A stretch of 64,000 nt of DNA from an uncultured Parasphingorhabdus sp. (GCF_963975555.1 NZ_CAXBHH010000005.1:6349-70348); one strand, 5' to 3'. Counted from the first letter of the stretch, positions 20,261-29,783 are shown. Notes: generated from the letters alone by a model not told the origin. Made by a program: numbers and translations.

Positions 20261-20822
20261 GGGGATAGCCCGCGCTGATCAGCAGGTTACGGGTTTCGTA
20301 GAGGGGCAGCCCCATGATGCCGCTATAGCTGCCCGACATCCAGGTGACGAAAGCCTCAGCCGTGCCCTGTATCGCATAGCCGCCCGCCTTGCCCTGTCCT
20401 TCGCCGGTGGCGATATAGGCTTCGATCTCGTGGGATTCGAAGCGCTTGAATTTCACGATGCTGTCGGACAATTTCGTCCGCGCCGTGCCGTCGGCCGCGA
20501 TCACGCAGACCGCCGACATCACATGATGGCGCCGCCCGCTGATCAATTGCATGAATTTGCGCTGTTCCGCCGCATCACCGGCCTGCCCCAATATCCGGCG
20601 ACCGACTGCAACGGTGGTATCGCCAGCGACCAGGATCTCCTGGTCTTGCCGTTCGACAGCAACAGCCTTTTCCTGCGCCATGCGCAAGACATAGTCGCGC
20701 GGCAACTCGCCCTTGTGCGGGGCTTCGTCGATATCGGGAGAGATGATCCGGTCGGGTGCGACGCCAAGGCGACCGAGCAATTCCAGCCGACGCGGGCTGG
20801 ATGAGGCGAGAACCAGTTTCAT
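20253..20822 (-). CDS. maf: Maf family nucleoside-triphosphate pyrophosphatase
   Basis: LVLASSSPRRLELL, AGDTTV, GKAGGYAIQG and IMGLPL motifs. Confidence 0.95.
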   Translation of the reverse strand: MKLVLASSSPRRLELLGRLGVAPDRIISPDIDEAPHKGELPRDYVLRMAQEKAVAVERQDQEILVAGDTTVAVGRRILGQAGDAAEQRKFMQLISGRRHHVMSAVCVIAADGTARTKLSDSIVKFKRFESHEIEAYIATGEGQGKAGGYAIQGTAEAFVTWMSGSYSGIMGLPLYETRNLLISAGYPLG

Positions 20823-20839
20823 GTTGAACACCCTCTAAA

Positions 20840-20923
20840 CCGTTCGGGCTGAACTTGTAGACGCCATATAACCAAAGGCAAAGCTAGCCGATCGCCGTCT
20901 TTCGACAGGCTCAGGACAAGCGG
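20840..20923. repeat. intergenic inverted-repeat element, copy 1 (CTGAGCTTGTCGA-type arms)
   Basis: Left arm CCGTTCGGGCTGAACTTGTAGA is imperfectly complementary to right arm TTCGACAGGCTCAGGACAAGCGG. A related copy lies at 37787-37876. Confidence 0.7.
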
Positions 20924-20930
20924 CATACCA

Positions 20931-21149
20931 TCACTTGAAACGATAGGTGATGCGACCCTTGGTCAGGTCATAAGGGGTAAGCTCGACGAGCACCTCATCA
21001 CCAACCAGCACGCGGATGCGGTTCTTGCGCATCTTGCCAGCGGTGTGACCCAAAATTTCGTGGCCGTTTTCCAGCTCGACCCGGAACATGGCGTTGGGGA
21101 GCAGTTCGCGAACCATCCCCTTCATTTCCAGTAGTTCTTCTTTTGCCAT
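20931..21149 (-). CDS. infA: translation initiation factor IF-1
   Basis: [11 protein letters not shown]...[14 protein letters not shown]...[14 protein letters not shown]...[11 protein letters not shown], 72 aa from ATG 21149. Confidence 0.98.
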   Translation of the reverse strand: MAKEELLEMKGMVRELLPNAMFRVELENGHEILGHTAGKMRKNRIRVLVGDEVLVELTPYDLTKGRITYRFK

Positions 21150-21380
21150 ATGGCGGTGCATTTTCCCTGATATTGCGGCAATTCCGCATGTTGCAGAGCG
21201 CCATAACGACAAATGTGCAAAAAGGGAAGGATTAGCTGCATCAGCCAAAATGATAATATCTTTTGTCGTCACCGTGTTTTTCCTGCGACAATTTAATACA
21301 AAGAAAATATACCATTAGCGAGAATTGCATGGCATTTCGGACATCTCATCTCCCCCTTATTAGAGCTATTGAACCACATC

Positions 21381-23897
21381 ATGATATCTTCCCCACGTTC
21401 TCTTTTCGCTTCGTCTCCCCTCATTTTGGCAAGCATGCTGCTCGCGAATCCAGCCGGCGCGCAAATTACCGATACAGATTCGGATTATGCAGACGATGAA
21501 ATCGTCGTCACGGCATCACTTCCGCGCGGCGCCGTCGTCACCGAAATACCGCCCGTTGTCGAACTGAGCGAAGCGGATATCGCTAGCTATGGCGCCTCTT
21601 CGGTTCAGGAACTGCTTGAAGCGATTTCGTCCCAAACCACATCCAGCCGGGGACGCGGCAGCGGGAGGCCGATTGTTCTGATCAACGGCCAGCGCACTTC
21701 CGGTTTCCGCGAAATCCGCGATCTTCCTCCCGAAGCCATCCGCACGGTCCAGGTGTTTCCGGAAGAACTGGCGCTGCGCTATGGCTATAGCGCCGATGAG
21801 CGCGTGGTGAATTTCATCCTGAAAGATCAATATACCGGAGTCAGCGTATCGGGAGAATATGGTATCCCGACGGCCGGAGGACAGGGTCGTTCGGAAATTG
21901 AAACCACGGTCACCCACATCGGCAAAAACGATCGTATGAATATCAATCTGGAATGGCAGAACAATACCGCGATTACAGAAAGCGAACGGGACATCATTCA
22001 GGACGCGGCGGGTGATCTGGTCAACCTGGGCGATTATCGGACCCTGGTTGCCCCGTCCGACAATGTGGAACTCAATGCCAATTACAGCCGGTCTTTCGAC
22101 AATGGCATGTCGCTCTCGCTCAACGGCGGATATATTTACGACAAATCCATCGGATTGCAGGGTCTGCCCAATGGCACGCTGGATGTCGCGGGCAATCCAA
22201 TGTTCCGCTATTTCACCGAATATGGTCCGCTACGCCGGGTACAGGAAACAAATACCGCACAAGCCGGTTTAACGCTGAACGGCTCGCTCAGCGACTGGCG
22301 CTGGTCACTGACCAGCGATTACACCCGCGAACAGGTCAATACCGACACCGACCGTTCCGGCGATACCAGCGCGCTGCAGGCAGCGATTGATGCAGGCACC
22401 GTCGATCCCCTCGCCACCAGCTTCGGCAGTCTGCTCGGCTTGCCGACCACCGATACCGCCAAGGTCGTCGACCAGACCATCAACAATCTTGCCACGATGT
22501 CCGGCACGTTATTCGTCCTGCCGTCCGGTGCTGTCACCACCACCGTCCGCGCCGGCTATAACCGGGAAGATCTCAACAGCCGGGAAACCAGCAGCGGCAC
22601 ATTCGTCACCACCGACCTCGCCCGCGACGAACTAAGCACCGGGATCAGTATCGATATCCCGCTGGCCAACGAGAATATCGATGTCGTCGAAGCCATCGGC
22701 AAGGTCTCGATCAACGGCAACTTTGGCTATTCAGACCTATCCGACTTTGGCGGACTGGTGGAATTCGGTTTTGGCCTGAACTGGGAGCCGTTCGACGGGC
22801 TGGTCTTCTCCGCCACCGCCATCGGCGAAGAAGCGGCACCGAGTATCGCCCAGCTTGGCAATCCGATCATCATCACCCCGGATGTCACGACCTATGACTT
22901 CACCAATGGCGAAACCGTTCTGGCCGCCGTCACCACCGGCGGCAATTTCGCCCTGCCGGCGGAAACGCGGCGCGATATCAAGCTGGCGGTCAATTACCGG
23001 CCTGAATGGCTCGACGGCTTTACCTTTCTCGGCGAATATTTCCGCAACAACAGCACCGATGTTGCATCAAGCTTTCCGTTGCTCACCCCGGAAATCGAAG
23101 CAGCCTTCCCTGACCGGGTCACCCGCGATGCCTCTGGCCGGCTGGTTGCGATCGACAAGCGACCGGTCAACTATGCCGAGGTCAGAAGCGAGCGCATTCG
23201 CTACGGGATTGATTTTTCAAAACGCTTCGGCCAGCAACGCGGCGGCTCCAGCAGGCCATCGAGGCAGCCGGCAGCAGCGCCTGCCGCTCCGCCGGAAGGT
23301 GACCAGCCGCCGCCTCCAGAGGGAGAGCAAGGAGGCAGACCGCCTGAAGGCAAAACCGCCTCGCGTTCCGGCCCTCGCGGTGGTGGTGGGGGCGGCCCGG
23401 GAGCCGGCAGGCCGAGCGGCGGACGCTGGCAAGTATCTGCCTTCCACACCATTCGCCTCGAAGAGACCATCAAAATCCGTGACGGCGTCGAAGAGCTGGA
23501 TTTGCTGGACGGATCCGCCATCGGTTCTACCGGTGGTAGCCCGCGGCACGAGTTTGAAATCAACGGCGGCTGGTTCAACAACGGCATCGGTTTCCGGCTC
23601 GATGGCAAACACCAGACAGCCACCCGCGTCAATGGCGGCCTGACCGGCTCCAACCTGCGCTTTTCCGACCTGACCACGGTCAACCTGCGCATGTTCATCA
23701 ATTTGGATGATCGCGGCAATCTGACCGAGAAAGTCCCGTTTCTGAAGAACAGCCGGATCGCCCTCAAGATGGACAATATCTTTAACGATATCCAGACCGT
23801 TCGCGACGACAGCGGCCTGATTCCGCTCAGCTATCAGTCCGGTTACATGGATCCGGTCGGGCGTTATGTCGAAATTGATTTCCGCAAGCGGTTCTGA
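21381..23897 (+). CDS. TonB-dependent receptor-like outer-membrane protein with Pro/Gly-rich insertion
   Basis: Signal peptide, DEIVVTA TonB box, plug (VLINGQR...VVNFILK), C-terminal DPVGRYVEIDFRKRF. Confidence 0.88.
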   Translation: MISSPRSLFASSPLILASMLLANPAGAQITDTDSDYADDEIVVTASLPRGAVVTEIPPVVELSEADIASYGASSVQELLEAISSQTTSSRGRGSGRPIVLINGQRTSGFREIRDLPPEAIRTVQVFPEELALRYGYSADERVVNFILKDQYTGVSVSGEYGIPTAGGQGRSEIETTVTHIGKNDRMNINLEWQNNTAITESERDIIQDAAGDLVNLGDYRTLVAPSDNVELNANYSRSFDNGMSLSLNGGYIYDKSIGLQGLPNGTLDVAGNPMFRYFTEYGPLRRVQETNTAQAGLTLNGSLSDWRWSLTSDYTREQVNTDTDRSGDTSALQAAIDAGTVDPLATSFGSLLGLPTTDTAKVVDQTINNLATMSGTLFVLPSGAVTTTVRAGYNREDLNSRETSSGTFVTTDLARDELSTGISIDIPLANENIDVVEAIGKVSINGNFGYSDLSDFGGLVEFGFGLNWEPFDGLVFSATAIGEEAAPSIAQLGNPIIITPDVTTYDFTNGETVLAAVTTGGNFALPAETRRDIKLAVNYRPEWLDGFTFLGEYFRNNSTDVASSFPLLTPEIEAAFPDRVTRDASGRLVAIDKRPVNYAEVRSERIRYGIDFSKRFGQQRGGSSRPSRQPAAAPAAPPEGDQPPPPEGEQGGRPPEGKTASRSGPRGGGGGGPGAGRPSGGRWQVSAFHTIRLEETIKIRDGVEELDLLDGSAIGSTGGSPRHEFEINGGWFNNGIGFRLDGKHQTATRVNGGLTGSNLRFSDLTTVNLRMFINLDDRGNLTEKVPFLKNSRIALKMDNIFNDIQTVRDDSGLIPLSYQSGYMDPVGRYVEIDFRKRF

Positions 23898-23900
23898 CGC

Positions 23901-23985
23901 CGTCATCCCGGCGCAGGCCGGGATCCAAACCGCAGTCACTTCTCTCGCTGTAGGCGGGTTAGGCCCCAGCCTGCGCTGGGGTGAC
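23901..23985. repeat. inverted REP doublet (CGTC-type)
   Basis: CGTCA-TCCCGGC-GCAG-GCCGGGA, with an inverted partner reading TGTCA-CCCCAGC-GCAG-GCTGGGG on the minus strand. Lies between convergent genes. Confidence 0.8.
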
Positions 23986-23995
23986 AAGCTAAAAA

Positions 23996-24304
23996 CTAGC
24001 CCAGGCCTTCCATTGGGATAGCTTCCGCCCGATATATCTGCATCTCTGGACGCTCCCCGAGCAGCGCGGTCAGCCGCTTGACGAAATCCCCCGATGCCGG
24101 AACCGCGAAATGGGTGGCGACGGCGGCTTCGTCCTCCCACTCTTCGTAGAAGAACAGTCGCGCCGGGTCTTCGCAATCCACGTGGATATGATGGGAGATG
24201 CAGCCAGGCTCGGCGCGGGAACGAGCGCTATGCTCGCTACACAAGGCGACGATCTCCTCACGCTCGACGGGCGGGGCGGCGAAGGAGGCTGAAAGAATAA
24301 TCAT
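23996..24304 (-). CDS. antibiotic biosynthesis monooxygenase (ABM)/putative quinol monooxygenase
   Basis: SRAEPGCISH...FFYEEWEDEAAVATHF ABM pattern. Confidence 0.88.
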   Translation of the reverse strand: MIILSASFAAPPVEREEIVALCSEHSARSRAEPGCISHHIHVDCEDPARLFFYEEWEDEAAVATHFAVPASGDFVKRLTALLGERPEMQIYRAEAIPMEGLG

Positions 24305-24801
24305 AATCTCAGCGTCGCCCGCGTCGTGCTCTTCGACATGAAATAAGCCAGTAGCGCAGCAATGATGGTGACCATCGCGGTAAAGACGATCGGCGGGAAG
24401 CGCATATCCGGCGCGGTACTTTGCAGGATCATCCCGATCAGAACGACGGGGATCAGGGTCATTGCCAGATGTTTCAGAGCCAGCAGAAACGGCGCCAATC
24501 CAGCGCGCGTGTCAGACGCTAGACCCGGCTCGATCTTGCCCGATTTGCGCTGCCACACGGTGATCGCATAGACGAACAAAGTCAGCATCAGGCTCATCAA
24601 CACCGCAATGACAATCAGGGCACCCCGCAGACTGGGGGTGGCATCGCCAAAGGGCAAAGTCGCGGCGACGGACGGCAGATCGCGGGTCAGCCAGTAATTT
24701 CCGACGCCCGCCAGCACGATATTCAACAACATATCAGCTCGCGCCTGTTTCTCGACGAAGGCGTCCATGCTGATCGGTGCGGCAGCAACAATGGTAGCCA
24801 T
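24301..24801 (-). CDS. hypothetical membrane protein (about 4 TM)
   Basis: Four hydrophobic segments, GGGAGAG RBS, ATGA-type overlap with the ABM gene. Confidence 0.75.
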   Translation of the reverse strand: MATIVAAAPISMDAFVEKQARADMLLNIVLAGVGNYWLTRDLPSVAATLPFGDATPSLRGALIVIAVLMSLMLTLFVYAITVWQRKSGKIEPGLASDTRAGLAPFLLALKHLAMTLIPVVLIGMILQSTAPDMRFPPIVFTAMVTIIAALLAYFMSKSTTRATLRL

Positions 24802-24881
24802 ATTCTCTCTCCCTGTCTTTTGCAGGAGAGTGACGGCGGCAGGAGGAATGTCAAGCGGGAAGCCCCCGCGAGAACAGGCAG

Positions 24882-25087
24882 TTATGGTCGAATGGAGTGC
24901 AACAATACACTCATGCCATGATTTCGGCGATCCGCTGCACCCCGTTTAAACGCCAATTTGGTTCAACCTCACATCGAGAAAGGACATTTATTGTAGGACG
25001 CAGTGTAAAATTGCACTCATGGAATCGTTTCAGAGACTCACGCCCCTAAACGCCAATCGCTTTCAGCGTAGCATTTTCCAGAAAGGC
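24882..25087. repeat. imperfect tandem duplication, 2 units of about 100 bp
   Basis: TAAACGCCAAT at 24947 and 25047; CACTCATG at 24908 and 25014; AGAAAGG ends both units. Confidence 0.65.
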
Positions 25088-25110
25088 GCTCCTCGTCACC
25101 CTTGAGCTTC

Positions 25111-25228
25111 TTAAGCCCCTCCTTTTCAAAGGAGGGGTTGGGGTGGTTCCGTGCCGCTTGTCGCTACGCGAGCGATGCAGGCGCATCGCCACCACCCCAA
25201 CCCCTCCTCTAAAGATGAGGCGCTTTAA
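25111..25228. repeat. MITE-like nested-palindrome intergenic element
   Basis: TTAA at both ends; CCCCTCCTTT-tc-AAAGGAGGGG hairpin; GGAGGGGTTGGGGTGGT pairs perfectly with ACCACCCCAACCCCTCC. Confidence 0.75.
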
Positions 25229-25246
25229 CCGATGTGCATATTCTCG

Positions 25247-26116
25247 CTAGCCGGATATCTTCCGCAAAACCCGCCAAGCCAGCGCCTTGGCCTTGCTCCG
25301 CGCCGGAAAGCGCCCGGGTGCTTTGGGCGTGATACCACGCTTGCGCAGCCAGCCGTTGAATGCCCGAGCATCCGCCTCTTCAAAGCTCCAGTCCGAACGC
25401 CACGTAATCGACAGCGATATGCTCGGTTCCGGCCCGTTCTGCACATAATGCGGAGCCATGACGGGGACGAAGATCGCCTTGCCGGGGGTCAGATGGTGAC
25501 GCGTGCCCTCGGCTTCGAAATCATCCTGCCAGACCAGATTGCGATGGCCGCCGACATGATAGCCCTCGTGGATTTCATCGGCGGCGAAACGGGCGTTGCC
25601 GGCGGGGAAAGTGGTCATCCATTTTTCGCCGCGCAGCTGCAGCAGGATATTATGCTCGGGGTCGAAATGATAAGGGGTGACCGCATCGGGCGAGGAGACG
25701 AAGATGAAACCCTGCGGCTTCAGCATCTGGCCGGTCTTGGCCTCCAGTATCGGCCGGATTTCGGCGAGCAGCGACAGCAGCAAGGCTTCATATTCCGGCA
25801 TCTGCTCGATATTCTTGAGCACCGCCCAGCTTGCCGACTGGTCGATCGTCCGAATCGTATCGCCGATAGTCATGCCATTGTCCGGCACGTCTTCCGGCTT
25901 GATACCGACCGGCAAATCACCGGGATTATATTCAACGCTGGCTTTCGGGAGCGCGGTGCCCAGCCGGGCTAGCGCTTCGAGGGTCAGCAGGTCATGCGAC
26001 GCCATCGCATGATCGAGCACTTGCGCCTGTTCGGGATAGCAGGCGTCAAACTGCCGCCGGGTTTCGTCACCGAAAACCGGTTGCCGAAAGCTGTCCTTGC
26101 CGGAAATCTGGTTCAT
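25247..26116 (-). CDS. JmjC/cupin-8 family Fe(II)/2-oxoglutarate oxygenase-like protein
   Basis: VTPYHFDPEHNILLQLRGEK (H-x-D) and distal APHYVQN His. ATG 26116 overlaps the GNAT stop (ATGA). Confidence 0.8.
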   Translation of the reverse strand: MNQISGKDSFRQPVFGDETRRQFDACYPEQAQVLDHAMASHDLLTLEALARLGTALPKASVEYNPGDLPVGIKPEDVPDNGMTIGDTIRTIDQSASWAVLKNIEQMPEYEALLLSLLAEIRPILEAKTGQMLKPQGFIFVSSPDAVTPYHFDPEHNILLQLRGEKWMTTFPAGNARFAADEIHEGYHVGGHRNLVWQDDFEAEGTRHHLTPGKAIFVPVMAPHYVQNGPEPSISLSITWRSDWSFEEADARAFNGWLRKRGITPKAPGRFPARSKAKALAWRVLRKISG

Positions 26117-27348
26117 TGCTGCACCTCTGTCGGATCGAAAATTGTGCGCCCCTTGATCTTCCCCATCAGCTTTTCGCCGAGCCGCAAGCCACGAAAGATG
26201 GCGCGGCGGGAAATCCCCTTCAATTCGATCGAGAAGCGCCCGATATGACGGCGATCGGACCACAGGCTGTCGATCATCGGATGATTTTCCGAAGCACAGC
26301 TGTCCATCCAGTCGATCGCCGGATTTTCGAGTATCTTGAGATTTTCGAGCTGCAGAAGCACCCCCGGAGAAAAGCGGGAGAAGGATTCATCAAAGGCGGT
26401 CTTGAAGGAAAAGCTGCCACGACCGCTATGAAAGTTCACCAGCATCACCAGCGGGCTTCCCTCGAGGCGGATATCGTGGCGCTCCAGCTGCCCTGCCCGC
26501 GCTGCGCCCAGCAAAGCATCGCGGAAAAACGCGCGCGTTTGCCCGGATGAATCCAGCGCCGATCCGTTATGGCCTTTCCAGCCACTGCGTTCGAGCTGCA
26601 GAAATTCATCGATCCAGGGCTCCAGATCCGTGGCGTCTTCATGATGGCAAAATGTTACATCGCCCAGTTCGCCCAGCCGCTTGGCCTGTCGCCGCAGCTC
26701 CTTGCGCTTTTTCCCGCGAACGGTCGCGTTCAGATAGGCCTCGGAACCCAGATCGCTCTGCAACAGCGCCCGTGCCTGGCTATGCACGAGGTCGCAGCTG
26801 CGTTTCTGGCCGCTGCACACGGTCCGCAGGCTCTGGTCCAGTGGGCCGCCAATGGTCATGCCATTGATGTGCAAAAAACCGGGCCAGTCCCCCGCGTCGA
26901 GCGCGTCGAGCAGCTGCTCCCAGAATTCCATTTCAAAACCCTTGCGCACCAGCGGGGTCCCGAGAAAGCAGTTATAATGGAGCCAGTTCTGGACATAGGG
27001 CACCGGCCAGCGCCCGAATCGGTTGTCGGGGCCCAGCGGCAACAGACCGAGCAGTTGCGATTGCCCCGGTTCTCCTGCCCAGAGAAGGAACAGCTTCATG
27101 TCCGGGTGATGGTCAAACTGGGCCAAAGCCGGAATCAGGAACCAGTGCTCGTAGAAAATATTGGGCTCGCTCGCCTGGCTGGCCAGTTCGCTCCACGCCG
27201 CCACCAGATTGGCGTCAATCGCGGCTACCGGGTGGAATATCGCCCGGGCTTCGGGTTCAGACAGGCCATCGTGGAACCGGCTGCCCCGGATATCCTTGCC
27301 TTCCAACTTCTGTAACCCGCTCAAATCCATCAAAATCTGCCTGTTCAC
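26113..27348 (-). CDS. GNAT-fold protein, CelD/BcsL (Acetyltransf_6) family
   Basis: NIFYEHWF, RGKKRKELRRQAKRL, FLQLERSGWKG, FKTAFDESFSRFSPGVLL and MDSCA motifs. Confidence 0.85.
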   Translation of the reverse strand: MNRQILMDLSGLQKLEGKDIRGSRFHDGLSEPEARAIFHPVAAIDANLVAAWSELASQASEPNIFYEHWFLIPALAQFDHHPDMKLFLLWAGEPGQSQLLGLLPLGPDNRFGRWPVPYVQNWLHYNCFLGTPLVRKGFEMEFWEQLLDALDAGDWPGFLHINGMTIGGPLDQSLRTVCSGQKRSCDLVHSQARALLQSDLGSEAYLNATVRGKKRKELRRQAKRLGELGDVTFCHHEDATDLEPWIDEFLQLERSGWKGHNGSALDSSGQTRAFFRDALLGAARAGQLERHDIRLEGSPLVMLVNFHSGRGSFSFKTAFDESFSRFSPGVLLQLENLKILENPAIDWMDSCASENHPMIDSLWSDRRHIGRFSIELKGISRRAIFRGLRLGEKLMGKIKGRTIFDPTEVQQ

Positions 27349-27440
27349 ACTGGTTTCTGGTCTGGTGATCAGACTAGCGGAAAAGGGGTAATATGTGATT
27401 AACGCTAAGCCGGAGGCATGAAGAGCGGCGCGCAGCCATC

Positions 27441-27472
27441 AAAAAACCCCGCCGAAATCGCTTCCGGCGGGG
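27441..27472 (-). terminator. Rho-independent terminator after hppA
   Basis: CCCCGCCG-10 nt-CGGCGGGG stem followed by T6 on the minus strand. Confidence 0.85.
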
Positions 27473-27500
27473 TCTTGTTTCAAACCAAGAAGCGAGCGTT

Positions 27501-29627
27501 CTAGAGACCGCCACCCTGCGCCGCATAAAGCGCTGCAAGCAGCAGCAATGCGACGATATTGGTGATCTTGATCATCGGGTTGACGGCCGGACCTGCGGTA
27601 TCCTTGTAAGGATCGCCAACAGTATCTCCGGTCACCGCAGCATGGTGGGCGTCCGAGCCCTTGCCGCCGTGATTGCCGTCCTCGATATATTTCTTGGCAT
27701 TGTCCCAGGCACCGCCACCCGCTGTCATCGACAGAGCAACGAACAGACCGGAGACGATCACGCCGAGCAACAATGCGCCGAGAGCGGCAAAGCCGTTCGC
27801 CTGACCGGCAACCGCAGTGATCACGAAATAGACCACGATCGGTGCAAGAACCGGCAACAGGGAAGGCAGGATCATTTCCTTGATCGCCGCCTTGGTCACC
27901 AGATCGACGGTCCGCGCATAGTTGGGACGCGAAGTACCCGCCATGATGCCAGGATCAGCAGCAAACTGCTCGCGAACGTCTTTGACAACATCGCCAGCAG
28001 CACGGCCAACAGCGGTCATGCCCATCGAGCCGAACAGATAAGGCAATAATGCACCGAGCAGCAGGCCAACGATCACATAGGGATTTTCAAGGCTGAAGCT
28101 GACTTCAAGGTTCGGAAAGAACTCCTTGAGGTCGGCTGTATAAGCCGAGAAAAGCACCAGTGCCGCAAGACCGGCAGATCCAATGGCATAGCCTTTGGTC
28201 ACAGCCTTTGTCGTGTTGCCCACGGCGTCGAGCGCGTCGGTCTTGTTCCGGACACTTTCGTCCAGACCAGCCATTTCGGCAATGCCGCCTGCATTATCCG
28301 TAACCGGACCATAAGCATCAAGCGCCACAACCATTCCGGCGAGTGCCAGCATGGCGGTTGCCGCAAAGGCGATACCGATCAGACCAGCGAGCTGGAACGC
28401 GACAACGATGCCGACCACGATGACCAGCGTCGGCAAGGCCGTTGCTTCCATCGAAATCGCCAGTCCCTGGATCACGTTCGTGCCGTGGCCGGTTTCCGAT
28501 GATTTGGCGATCGACCGCACCGGACGATATTGCGTGCCGGTGTAATATTCGGTGATCCAGATGATCAGGCCGGTAACAGCCAGACCCACCATCATCGACC
28601 AGAACAGGGCCATTCCGGTAAATCCACCAGAACCATCAAGCTCGGTTCCGATTGCCGTATCCATGTCACCCAGCGTACGCATGGTGACATAATAGATGGC
28701 CGGGATCGAAAGCACCGCAGTGGTCAGGAAGCCCTTGTACAGCGCGCCCATGATGTTCGTACCCTTGCCCAGCCGCACCATATAGGTGCCGATGATCGAA
28801 GTCAGGATACAGACGCCGCCAACGATCAGAGGCAGAGACATCAGGTCATAGAGCATTGCGCTACCGACCAGATCGCCGAACAACAGCGCCAGAAGCACCA
28901 TCGTCGCACCAACGGTCACGACATAGGTCTCGAACAGATCGGCGGCCATACCGGCGCAGTCACCGACATTGTCGCCGACATTATCCGCGATAGTTGCAGG
29001 GTTGCGTGGATCATCCTCGGGGATGCCCGCTTCGACCTTGCCGACCAGATCGGCGCCGACGTCGGCAGCCTTGGTAAAGATACCACCGCCGAGACGCGCG
29101 AAGATCGAGATCAGCGAAGCGCCAAAGGCCAGAGCAACCAGCGCGTCGATGACCGTACGGTCGTTGGCCGCCATGCCCATCTGGGTGGTCAGCACGTAGA
29201 AGAAGATCGAAATCGCCAGCAGTGCAAGTCCAGCCACCAGCATACCCGTCACTGCACCGGCGCGAAACGCGACGGTCAGACCGGTTTGCAGGCTTTCGCT
29301 AGCACCTTGAGCCGTGCGGACATTGGCGCGAACCGAAATGTTCATGCCGATATAGCCTGCCACGCCCGAAAGGACCGCACCGAGCAGAAAGCCCACCGTT
29401 GAAATTGCGCCGAGGAAGATGAAGACCAGAACCGCGACCACGATTCCGACGAGCCCGATTGCCCGATATTGACGGTTCAGATAGGCTTGTGCGCCTTCCT
29501 GAATTGCCCCTGCGATAGATTGCATTTTTTCGTTGCCGGCGGGCGCATTGAGCACCTGTCGGCTGGTTATAAAGCCATATAATATGGCGATAAATCCGCA
29601 TAAAATTGAAATGGTGACAACGGTCAT
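27501..29627 (-). CDS. hppA: membrane H+-translocating pyrophosphatase
   Basis: [38 protein letters not shown] and [10 protein letters not shown] signatures. Confidence 0.97.
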   Translation of the reverse strand: MTVVTISILCGFIAILYGFITSRQVLNAPAGNEKMQSIAGAIQEGAQAYLNRQYRAIGLVGIVVAVLVFIFLGAISTVGFLLGAVLSGVAGYIGMNISVRANVRTAQGASESLQTGLTVAFRAGAVTGMLVAGLALLAISIFFYVLTTQMGMAANDRTVIDALVALAFGASLISIFARLGGGIFTKAADVGADLVGKVEAGIPEDDPRNPATIADNVGDNVGDCAGMAADLFETYVVTVGATMVLLALLFGDLVGSAMLYDLMSLPLIVGGVCILTSIIGTYMVRLGKGTNIMGALYKGFLTTAVLSIPAIYYVTMRTLGDMDTAIGTELDGSGGFTGMALFWSMMVGLAVTGLIIWITEYYTGTQYRPVRSIAKSSETGHGTNVIQGLAISMEATALPTLVIVVGIVVAFQLAGLIGIAFAATAMLALAGMVVALDAYGPVTDNAGGIAEMAGLDESVRNKTDALDAVGNTTKAVTKGYAIGSAGLAALVLFSAYTADLKEFFPNLEVSFSLENPYVIVGLLLGALLPYLFGSMGMTAVGRAAGDVVKDVREQFAADPGIMAGTSRPNYARTVDLVTKAAIKEMILPSLLPVLAPIVVYFVITAVAGQANGFAALGALLLGVIVSGLFVALSMTAGGGAWDNAKKYIEDGNHGGKGSDAHHAAVTGDTVGDPYKDTAGPAVNPMIKITNIVALLLLAALYAAQGGGL

Positions 29628-29783
29628 CGATTCAAATCCCCTCCATTGTTATAGTTAAACGCCCCGTCAGATGCGGGGCTGTCGGCTCAAACTATAGGGC
29701 GGGAGTAAAAACCTGCAAGCGTTGATTTTGAGGGGGTCACGCGGCCCATTTCAGGCATGTTACATGAAACCGGCTTGCCCGGA

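Noticed and set aside
26117-26263. N-terminal extension of the JmjC ORF in the track
   Set aside because: Overlaps the GNAT gene on the same strand; the ATGA-coupled start at 26116 is more plausible.
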